Source: Pelomyxa schiedti (Eukaryota > Protista > Evosea). From it: 57,593 nucleotides of DNA. Where the stretch lies: contig JAHLWZ010000757.1 of the NCBI GenBank assembly GCA_020536535.1, positions 1-57,593 of the forward strand, given 5' to 3'. This document shows, piece after piece, positions 48,574 to 57,593 of the stretch. The position numbers and the translations under genes are program-made. The number at the start of each line of letters is the position of its first letter. Positions within the stretch are counted from its first letter, which is position 1. The notes under the pieces are model-generated. The model was not told the origin of the DNA. It ran no database searches and saw only the letters and a list, made by a program, of their open reading frames with translations.

Positions 48574-50004
48574 CTAGCTGTATGGGAACCAGGGATGATG
48601 GCAGAGGAACTGCTGTGGCTGAAACGTTTCTATGGAATGCACAGATAGGCCGAGAGGCAGTTCCATTGTGAACAGAGTTGACCCAACAGTGGCATCGATC
48701 ACGGTGACAGGGAAATACTTGGTTAGCGTGAAACAAAATGGCATTGGTGCAATGACCCCCGATCCTGCCACCACACAACTCGCGTATGCGTGACTTATGG
48801 TGCATGAGGGCTCCACATGATCCCATCCCCCCACTTGGTTCCATTCCGCCCCTTTCTCCCAACAATCAATTGCTCTGGAACGCAGCAGCTTTGACACCTC
48901 GTACACCCGTGTTTCTGAGGGAGTGGTTGGAGCATAGGTGCAGAGGTGGCGTGCATCGACGGCCTGCACTTTAGAAGCCCCAGTGTACGGTTCCTCCAAC
49001 CATGAATACATAAACCCCCTGTTGTAGTCCAGTATCCTCTGCCCCACCAACTTTGAATAGCGGCGGGTAGTGAACTGCAGGAGGCCTCCACCAAGTTGTA
49101 TGCAACGTTTTCCCTTTTCCTTGATCCCCAAAAAGGCAGTGCTGTACTTTGAACAGTTCGGGAGCTGCATGATTTGCCGTTCATTCCAAACTTCATTGAG
49201 GTCCAGATATGTGCAGAAAACGTAGAAACCATCCACGTAAAGTATGTCAAGAACATTGCCATCCGCCTCAAACTCCATGGACAAGATGTACCGCAACGCG
49301 GGATATTGCAGTGCCAGATACTCCTCTATATTGCCTTCGACAAGTTTGCACACAAAAAGACGCCGGCAGGGGCGCATGTCACGGTGATCACGGAACACAC
49401 ACCAACTCTGATTGCGAAGAGCCTGCCGATACTCACGATGCTGTGGAAGAGGGAAATTGACGTCCCTGAACTGCCTCAGCGAGCGATCCGGCGAGATTGA
49501 GACCATCTTCAGCCCAGTCAAGAGCCCCATTGTGATGTTCGAGATGTCGAAAATCACGTAGGCATTATGCTCCACAGCAACCTGCAAACACACCGTCTTG
49601 CGCGTTCCCACAATCCACTCCTTCCAGATGCAACTCAACACGAACAACGGAAACTTCGCCACGCTGCAGCAGCGCCCAACACCCTGCGCCGCGCCACCCA
49701 CGCTGGCGGTCTCGCTCGCGGCCGCGGCGGTTGTCGCGGTGCTGCTGCGGGGGGCGGCGGCGTGCACGGGACTGGCGAGGAGGGGGGGCCCCGATCTCGC
49801 TGCGGGAGACAGGGGCGACGCGGCGGGGCAAGGGGCAGGGAGGGACGCTGCTGATGTGGCGGCGGCGCGGGCGGCGACCAGGGGCAGGATCTGGTCCCTG
49901 GCCCAGAGGGGCGGCGCGCCTACGAAGGCCAGTGTGCCGTCGTCCCCTACCTTGTCGTGCAACCTCTCGAGGCACTGCGCTTCAACCAGACGGGCTCCTT
50001 CCAT
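48574..50004 (-). CDS. Intronless orphan-family protein, tandem paralog A (476 aa)
   Basis: Single ORF, highly similar to 51009-52376; N-terminal ARDQILPL..SPAARS..LSCIWKEWIV. Confidence 0.88.
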   Translation of the reverse strand: MEGARLVEAQCLERLHDKVGDDGTLAFVGAPPLWARDQILPLVAARAAATSAASLPAPCPAASPLSPAARSGPPLLASPVHAAAPRSSTATTAAAASETASVGGAAQGVGRCCSVAKFPLFVLSCIWKEWIVGTRKTVCLQVAVEHNAYVIFDISNITMGLLTGLKMVSISPDRSLRQFRDVNFPLPQHREYRQALRNQSWCVFRDHRDMRPCRRLFVCKLVEGNIEEYLALQYPALRYILSMEFEADGNVLDILYVDGFYVFCTYLDLNEVWNERQIMQLPNCSKYSTAFLGIKEKGKRCIQLGGGLLQFTTRRYSKLVGQRILDYNRGFMYSWLEEPYTGASKVQAVDARHLCTYAPTTPSETRVYEVSKLLRSRAIDCWEKGAEWNQVGGWDHVEPSCTISHAYASCVVAGSGVIAPMPFCFTLTKYFPVTVIDATVGSTLFTMELPLGLSVHSIETFQPQQFLCHHPWFPYS

Positions 50005-50254
50005 TTTCTAATTGAGGAAAAAAAGCGTGCCTCTTAGCGGTATGGATAGAAATAGAACTTTAGATGATCAACATGATGGCCGCGAAGCTAATGCGCGGGA
50101 ATGGAATCCACAGATTGATCACGTCGGCACCGACATCAAGGATCGCGCCGAGACNNNNNNNNNNNNNNNNNNNNNNNNNNNNNNNNNNNNNNNNNNNNNN
50201 NNNNNNNNNNNNNNNNNNNNNNNNNNNNNNNNNNNNNNNNNNNNNNNNNNNNNN

Positions 50255-50590
50255 TGCGCAAACGGGTCAAACTCATCCCCGAAGGATGGCAAACGAGCAC
50301 CAAGGTCAAACAATCCGCAAAATTCCTCCCGCTTGCATCTCTGACACCCCATTGTCACAGACAGGCACATCGGTCTCATTGTGGAGAGAACCGTGGCAAT
50401 TCGACGACCCTGTCCGCAATCATCAGTTCAGGGCCAATCGGATTTCCTGTTGCTGTTGTCGTTGGCCTGCCGAGCAAACAATCCACCCGTCAACAGCAGC
50501 CCACACAACCCCTCCAACAAGGCGCAAGGATTATCTTGAAGGCACAAGACAATCCCCTGCAGAACACCCCCATTCGCAGTATTCATTGGC
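50255..50590 (+). repeat. Dispersed repeat, copy 3 (starts at gap edge)
   Basis: Matches 48256-48468. It lacks the 13-bp tandem duplication and carries about 136 extra bp. Confidence 0.88.
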
Positions 50591-51008
50591 ACCCCCCCGA
50601 CTCCCGAGCCTTTCTCGTCATCATCGCCTTCCGCATCGCCGGACACATAATGGCCCGACAATTTCCACCACACAAAGGTCACACACTATCCCGCCGCCTA
50701 CTGCGCTTCAGGTTGCTTACTTCTGCTGCCACATACGAGCTAACACACAACAAACAGGCCCAGACAACACTGTCTGCGATTATGCTGCGCGGCTCAGTTC
50801 AAAATACTCTGGCGAGGGAACTGCATCACAACAACGGCCTGGGAAGAACTGGCCTCTCTCACATTCAAAGGGTTTGGGAAAAAACGTAAGGATTATTGTA
50901 GAATGCAATGGGTTCACGCGAATCAGAAAAACGAATGAAATGAAATTTTTTTCAAGGCATTTGATGCGCTCGCTTCCTGACTGAGGTTCGGCCCAACCCT
51001 GAGTAGTG

Positions 51009-52376
51009 CTAGTTCCCCACTGGTGGGAACCAGGGATGGTGGCAGAGGAACTGAGTTGGCTGGAATGTTTCCACGGAACGCGCAGAGAGGCCGATAGGCA
51101 GTACCATTGTGAACAGCGTTGCACCAACAGTGGCATCGATCACCGCGACAGGGAAATAGTTGCCTAGCGGGAAACGAACTGGCATTGGTGCAACAATGAC
51201 CCCCGGTCCGGCCACCACTCCAGAACTGGTGCGTGCGTGTGTTATGGTGCATGTGGGCTCCACGTGATCCAATCCCACGCCTTGGTCCCATTCGGCCCCT
51301 TTGTCCCAACAATCGAATGCTCGGGAACGCAGCAGCTTTGACACCTCGTACACCCGCGTTTCTGAGGGAGTGCTTGGAGACGAGGTGCAGAGGTGGCGTG
51401 CATCGACGGCCTGCACTTTAGAAGCCCCAGTGTACGTTTCCGCCAACCATGAATACATAAACCCCCTGTTGTAGTCCAGTAGCCTCTGCTCCACCAAGTT
51501 TGTGTGTCCAAATCGTGCGGTGAACTGTACGATGCCTCCAGCAAGTTGAATGTGGCCTTTACCATTTCCGTTCATCCCCAAAATGACTGTGCTGTACTGG
51601 GAACAGTTTGGGAGCTGCATGATTTGCCGTTCATTCCAAACTTCATTGAGGTCCAGATATGTGCAGAAAACGGAGTCTTCATCCGCATAGCAGATGTCTA
51701 GAACAGAGCCATTCGCCTCGAATTCCATGGACAAGATGTTAACCAACGCGGGATATTGCAGTGCCAGATACCCCTCTATATTGCCTTGCACAAGTTTGCA
51801 CACAAAAAGATGCGGGCAGGCTCCCTTCTCAGGGTGATCACGGAACACACACCATCTCTGGTTGCGAAGAGCCTGCCGGTACTCACGATGCTGTGGAAGA
51901 GGGAAATTGACATCCCTGAACTGCCTCAGCGAGCGATCCGGCGAGATTGAGACCATCTTCAGCCCAGTCAAGAGCCCCATTATGGTGTTCGAGATGTCGA
52001 AAATCACGTAAGCGTTGTACACCCAAGACACCTGCAAACACACCGTCTTGCGCGCTCCCACAATCCATTCCCTCCAGAAACGCCTCAACACCACCATTGG
52101 AACATTCGCCACGGGGCAGGCGAGGCGGGCGAAGAGGGGGGGCCCCGATCTCGCTGCGGGAGACAGGGGCGACGCGGCGGGGCAAGGGGCAGGAGGGGCA
52201 GAGGGGCACGCTGCGAGGGCGGCGGCTGATGTGGCGGCGGCGCGGGCGGCGACAAGTGGCAGGATCTGGTCCCTGGCCCAGAGGGGCGGCGCGCCTACGA
52301 AGTCATGTGTGCCGTCCTTCCCTATCATAAGGTACAACTTGACGAGGCCCCGCGCTTCTAGCTTGCTGCCTTCCAT
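51009..52376 (-). CDS. Intronless orphan-family protein, tandem paralog B (455 aa)
   Basis: Single ORF, paralog of 48574-50004. Confidence 0.88.
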   Translation of the reverse strand: MEGSKLEARGLVKLYLMIGKDGTHDFVGAPPLWARDQILPLVAARAAATSAAALAACPSAPPAPCPAASPLSPAARSGPPLFARLACPVANVPMVVLRRFWREWIVGARKTVCLQVSWVYNAYVIFDISNTIMGLLTGLKMVSISPDRSLRQFRDVNFPLPQHREYRQALRNQRWCVFRDHPEKGACPHLFVCKLVQGNIEGYLALQYPALVNILSMEFEANGSVLDICYADEDSVFCTYLDLNEVWNERQIMQLPNCSQYSTVILGMNGNGKGHIQLAGGIVQFTARFGHTNLVEQRLLDYNRGFMYSWLAETYTGASKVQAVDARHLCTSSPSTPSETRVYEVSKLLRSRAFDCWDKGAEWDQGVGLDHVEPTCTITHARTSSGVVAGPGVIVAPMPVRFPLGNYFPVAVIDATVGATLFTMVLPIGLSARSVETFQPTQFLCHHPWFPPVGN

Positions 52377-52449
52377 CTTTGTTGTCTAAATGTGTGCTGA
52401 TAGGGAAGTGGGCATGGCACCACACCTCACCACATAAGAGTTCCTTAAT

Positions 52450-53770
52450 ATCTGGAACATTTTCATGCAAAAAGAGTAACATACAGACAGTACTTGGCAA
52501 AAAGCGAGTAGTCTGGGGATTCCCAGACTTATAAGTCTGCAATGCAGGTAGTGGGGGGAATTAAACCCTTGGACCCTTTCCGAGTCGCAATTGCAGTAGT
52601 AAATGGAATTCGTAACCTTATGGATAAAGGACTGGAACAAGCTTTGATAAAGAAGAGACCATTAAGTAAGCCCCCAACCAGCGTATCTTGTGGTACTACT
52701 CAAAATAAGTTAGTTGCACTTAAATAAAGGTAGTTATACTGGTTGTGGCTGGTGATATGGATTCTCAGCTGTACAATAGCTCTTGAGAATAGCAGCACGC
52801 TTTTGTGAACGCCGTATCTTAGTCACAACATATCGTATCTAAGAAATAAGTAAGGGTCTCATTGGATGAATTAGATACCTTGCTCATAAATTCATTTGGT
52901 AATGCCGCCATCATACACAAATTCAGTCTGGTGATCAGCTCCCATAATTGCTCCCGCAACCATGACGGGATCCTGAAGGGGGAGATTCCGGGCAACCTGA
53001 ATTCCAGAGCGAATTTCACAAAGCCCCTTTGCAGTAACTGTCTGCTATTTGCTTTTTGAGGTTTTCAACCCGATAGATAGATGTAAATCCGTCAATCAAT
53101 TGGGTATCCACGAGGTTCAGTTTGGCTGAGTGAGTCAATCGTCCCATGCCAGCTGGTAGTTGGTGCAACTGATAGATATACTCAATAATAACACAAGAAG
53201 GAATTGTCAGCACCCCATTGGGGAACCAAGGTTGCATGCAATCCAAGAGGATGCATAATTGAGTTATTTTGTTTTTTTAATCAATCAAAGCCAGTCACAT
53301 TCGTGAAGTTCGTACTTGGACCTTAATTAAGGTGAATGAATTCTTTAGGCAAATGAATTATTAAATTAAAAGAAATTATTACTTGGGTTGCCAAGTTCAA
53401 GTTTTTTGAGGTATTAATTAATTAATAGCAGCTTCCCAATTGGCACCATTACCAAGCAGAATTTAAATCGTTTACCTTCGAACTGATGATGCCTGTTGTT
53501 CGTTAACGATTTCCATTCCTTTATCACAGGCACTCAAAATCCTCAGGGATGGGCCAAGTCCCTATTTGTATCATTAAGTTCACGCAGTTGATTTCCTCGT
53601 AGTTCAACTTCTTGAAGCTCGGTAAAAGCAGACAAGTCCGGCACGGTCCTAAATAGCAAAAATAAGGCCAATAGCTTATTGAATCAGGTATTCCACTTTG
53701 AAACAGCAGTTTTCGAAACACTGCAAGGTAGTAGCTGCTTAAATCCAACTGTTTGCTCCCTGGCACTGAG
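52450..53770 (-). pseudogene. Decayed hAT-superfamily transposase-like sequence with introns, frameshifts and stops; boundaries approximate
   Basis: Ordered hAT-like motifs: THSAKLNL..YRVENL..IADS (HT.ENL..W.I..TDN), GADH+RLNL across a 1-nt frameshift (CxxH.LNL), SKIRYVVTKIRRSQKR, IRWLGAYLMV (TRWNSTYLM), IPFTTAIAT..GSK..PPT. Two clean GT-AG introns at 52839-52878 and 52696-52739. Confidence 0.5.
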
Positions 53771-54527
53771 CCAGCTTTTCTTTCATTTCATTTCTCACTG
53801 AAAAAAGTTGCAGTAAGAAAGGTGCCTGTGTTTTGGGCCGGAAATACCACTGCTTGTGTGGAATTTTTGCATCCTTCCCTGATATGTCCAAGCAAAGGTG
53901 GATTTCTCTCGAAAGGAAGTACTAGTAGTGTATATACGTTTAAGTGTAAGAGTTATGAAGAGCTGACAAGGGGAATACTTATCGAAATCATATCTCTGTT
54001 TGAGGTTGCCCACATTCCTCCAAATCCAACGAAACCTCTTGCAAGTACAAAGAGACAACAACCAAAATAGAGTGCTGGTCATTTCATATTTAGCCTGTTG
54101 CATATCTGGAGGTTTCCATTGCAATGGAGCAAGGCCAGCCACAGTACTGGTAGGTAATTTTGCACAGTAAAGACGATTATTACCCAGCAGTTCCTATTCA
54201 ATAGGTGAAGGGGATACAACCACAGCTTAGTCGGTTTTTCACGTATTCCGTAAAAACAGAGACTTAAAGGCGGATTGGTCAACATACCAATTCGTCGCCT
54301 GTTTTTTGTTTTTCACCCACGAACGGCCATCAATCAGCCCAGTGAAAATGAAAACGGAAACACCGAGCATCTCCTTCACTTCTGCCTTTAAAACACCACC
54401 CAAGTTGGAGGGGTGGTACCCAAGGTACACCACGAACACACAGAAAACGAAGTGTAGGTGGAAAAGCAACTAAGTTGTTTTAGTTTTTGAACAAAAAAAG
54501 AGAGCTGCAGTGATTCTGACACATCAA

Positions 54528-55967
54528 CTAAAACAAGAAGGAGAAGCGCCTCTTGATCTTCATGTGGCTGTATCGCATGCCAATCCTAAGCAATTGAGTA
54601 CCAGTGGCGTAATGAGTGACCAGGATGTGAGGCACCTCCCCATGGATCCTGTCAGCATATTCATCTCGGGCGTGAAAGATGTACCCCCACTCCGCCCATA
54701 CATCATCCCAAACGCCTGTGTAGTCGACGACAGAGACTGCCGCATCAGTGCGGTTGCAGTCCCAGATCTCCATAACGTGGTTGTATGAGAGGCAGTAGCG
54801 ACTGTCACAGAGTTGAGTGAGGAGCAAATCACGATCAGTCACTGTCCTCGTGATAGAGTGGACCTTTGTTCCAGTATACTCACACTGTGAAACGGAAAAG
54901 CTATGCTTGTCACGTGTGCACATGACGAAGGCACGCCTGTTTGATGCCGTGTGAACAATCAGTACCTCAAGAATGTCATCGCCATAGACGGGAGGAGACA
55001 GGGTGATTCTTGTCTCGCTAATTGAATTCAAGCGTCCTTCAGAGCACGTAGCTTCTAGTGCAATAACATTCAACCAAAATATCCCTCCAGGTTGGAGACA
55101 AACAAGAACTGCCTCATCACCGTGCTGTACCACAATCTTCTGAACGTTCCACGTGGGCGGAAGAGTGATCTGAGTAGTAGGCGAGGATTCCGCTGACAAT
55201 TGTGGATTTTGTTGAGCAGTCAATATGTTTACCACTATCAGCTTGTTCTTGTATTCCATGTGAACAAGCCACTTGTGGCTGAGACCAAGGTGCATGCGAT
55301 CTGTCTGGCACAACTTCACCTTGTATTCGTCCTCATTTTCGCCCTCAAATCCACCCATAAGGCCAGTTCCTGGATACTCCATGTCCCGAGACAATATTTC
55401 CCTCATCTTCACACTCCACGTCCCCCCACCAGGTTCCTCTTTGTCGACACGATCGATGACGTGGGTGTTGTTAGCTCCCATCAGATGATGGCCCGTGGAC
55501 TGCACAGGCATAATCACCCTGGTGCAGCACGGCACAACGCCCAGCGTCACCGTAGACACTCCAAACGTGACAACAGCTGTAAACCACTGGAACGTGAGCC
55601 AGATGGCACCCCTTCCCTCCCCTGGGCCCCTCAGCATTATGTTGTGACCACCTGTGGTCCCCACGCCGACGCTGAAGAAACGCACCGGGCCGCCCATGAT
55701 AGCCTCACAAACGAGCCTCGCCGCCAACCCCAAGTCCGCGCCGCCGTTCGCCAGGTCGCAACGGCCGCCACCGCGCCGCGGCCCGCACCTGGGGTGATTG
55801 ATCATGCAGAGGGCGAGTAGTTGAGCGGGCAGGGGCAGCATCGTAGTCTCATTGAGAAGTGGGGGGCACTGGAATCTCAGAGTCGGGACAAGTGCCCTTT
55901 CTCCTTGAACCGTTGCCGTTGTGCACGTGGATCTCTCCGTCGTAGTTGGTCTCTGGTCGCTGCTCAT
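54528..55967 (-). CDS. Intronless orphan-family protein (AQLLALCMINHPRCG motif, probable beta-propeller), 479 aa
   Basis: Single ORF; shares HPRCG and LTQL..CL..EIWDCN with the 41709-42956 product. Confidence 0.85.
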   Translation of the reverse strand: MSSDQRPTTTERSTCTTATVQGERALVPTLRFQCPPLLNETTMLPLPAQLLALCMINHPRCGPRRGGGRCDLANGGADLGLAARLVCEAIMGGPVRFFSVGVGTTGGHNIMLRGPGEGRGAIWLTFQWFTAVVTFGVSTVTLGVVPCCTRVIMPVQSTGHHLMGANNTHVIDRVDKEEPGGGTWSVKMREILSRDMEYPGTGLMGGFEGENEDEYKVKLCQTDRMHLGLSHKWLVHMEYKNKLIVVNILTAQQNPQLSAESSPTTQITLPPTWNVQKIVVQHGDEAVLVCLQPGGIFWLNVIALEATCSEGRLNSISETRITLSPPVYGDDILEVLIVHTASNRRAFVMCTRDKHSFSVSQCEYTGTKVHSITRTVTDRDLLLTQLCDSRYCLSYNHVMEIWDCNRTDAAVSVVDYTGVWDDVWAEWGYIFHARDEYADRIHGEVPHILVTHYATGTQLLRIGMRYSHMKIKRRFSFLF

Positions 55968-56932
55968 GATCTCCGATTTTTCCTCTTTTTTTCACACCAC
56001 CTCTTTGCTAATGCCTTCATGGGAGAGATCTGAGAGGCGTGGCGGTTTATAAAGGAATCAGTCCGGGAACTGCTGTCACATGTCACCAAACCAACACTTT
56101 AACCGACTGTCCACGCCACTCCGTGATCAAAACCAACTTTTTCCTCTGTCTTTTTCCCAGAACAAACCGCGAATTGCGTGTGGAAGTTGTGCTACCATTA
56201 TCGAATGCGATTGTGGGACTTGTTCGCGGCCGTGTGCGTCAAATTTGTAGTCGTAGACTTCACTGCGGCATTGTAGGATTCCCACAATTTTTGCCATCTG
56301 TTTGTCACCACACCTTTTTGACTGGGTCACTGTGAACAAGTTCTGAGGAAACGATGTGAGGATGCCCTCCAGGCTCTTCAATAACTGACTTGTTCCCCAC
56401 AAGGTTCTCTTGAATTGTCTGTGTATGTATGTACTCAGTTTCAGCAAACTGAATTGTGAATTATGAAACTCCTGGACCACTTTTCTCCCCCAGAACAGAA
56501 GTGGTTCTGCTTCTTGCTGCAGAGAACTGTTGGCAATGACTTGTACAACGCAATGGGTACACTCTCATTGACACCACAACACATTTCTTACAAGTACCAG
56601 AAACAAGGATGCAAGGTTTTTTTGATTTTTTTCCACAGAAGTTCCCATGCTCTTTAAAAGTTCTTTCTGTCCTGGACCTTTCGGGAGCGGACCAGATCGA
56701 ACCAGCAGACCGGGAGCAGTGGGCTGTGGCCTTCCCATCGTGCATCTCACACTGTTCCATTTTTATGCAAGATTTATTGTTGATACGTAAAACGGCCCAA
56801 TCTGACTGGAGAAAAAAAAATGTTCAGGTGTCCCATAATCCAGGACTCTGAAAAGAACTGATGTTCATAACATTGTTCATTTGGAGGTGTACTTTGGAAC
56901 CTCCAAATGTTAGGATTTAAAAGAAACTTGGT

Positions 56933-57130
56933 GCCCCATAAGGCGTAGATCTCGTGGAGGTCACATCCCTGTTGGGATGTCTAATTCTTCACCATGCTAA
57001 GTTCAATAAAAATACATGCCTCAACAATTGCTATGGTCAATACCAAACGTGAGTAAGGGCATGTCGTGCCCTCACAAGTGAATACGTCCAACAGGGATGT
57101 GACCTCCACGAGATCTACGCCTTATGGGGC
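56933..57130. repeat. Perfect 43-bp inverted repeat pair, 112-bp spacer, preceded by a 10-bp stem hairpin (56879-56908)
   Basis: 56933-56975 gccccataaggcgtagatctcgtggaggtcacatccctgttgg and its exact reverse complement at 57088-57130. Confidence 0.92.
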
Positions 57131-57593
57131 CCCCTCGCTCTATTAAGTTTCTCTTTAAAAAGAATCGTTTTTTAGTCACCCGGGTGATTCTAGAATTCGT
57201 TGGAAGGTTGCCCAATGTGGTTGGTGTTTTTCTTGTGGGTGGAAGGTTGATAAGCGTCCGTCGGACCGAATCCAGAACAGGCCGATAACTATCGGCAGAA
57301 GTTAACAGCTTTTTAAAAAAATAAAGCAAATGCCACTACACACAACTAAACACACCAGTGTTAACCAGAGGAGGATTCGGGAACGTGCAGCCCAAAGGGA
57401 AGGTGGTTTGTAATCTTAAGTTTATGTTGGTCACAGACAATGCAGGTCATGAACTGCACAAAAGCAGGGGTCATCCACTGGTGGGATTTCACCCAAAGAG
57501 TGATGCCTTTAATGCACACAGACTTCTCTCAGCATCAACATCGGTTCCCCAGCACCTACAAGCTGCTTGTCCCACTTGTGATGATACAAAGAA

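Overview
Eukaryotic genomic scaffold with six 100-N gaps, from an intron-rich anaerobic protist. Short 40-65 nt GT-AG introns, an intron-containing PFOR and the HPRCG-type orphan family suggest an archamoeba such as Pelomyxa; that assignment is inference. Bases 1-38.1 kb are a gene-dense core: PFOR, an F-box/Pro-rich/VPS9/WD40-like protein, a large bacterial-type VIT-vWA-TPR-DUF2135 protein carrying an inserted ubiquitin plus catalytically dead E2 module, a DraG/ARH-type ADP-ribosylglycohydrolase, a RapGAP, a PH protein with a very long disordered tail, a stand-alone SWR1/INO80-type helicase lobe 2 and a PHD-SPOC protein. From about 38.4 kb the window becomes an accessory region: four intronless members of one orphan family (shared N-terminal motif, probable beta-propeller), a dispersed repeat, an 89-nt poly(A) tract, a decayed hAT-like transposase, three unrelated 31-45 bp inverted-repeat pairs and a diverged 1.6 kb palindrome centred on a double hairpin. 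The strongest novelty candidates are the VIT-vWA/Ub-pseudoE2/DUF2135 chimera, the F-box-VPS9-WD40 fusion and the intronless adaptor-like family. All domain calls come from manual motif recognition and manual splicing; no database search was run.
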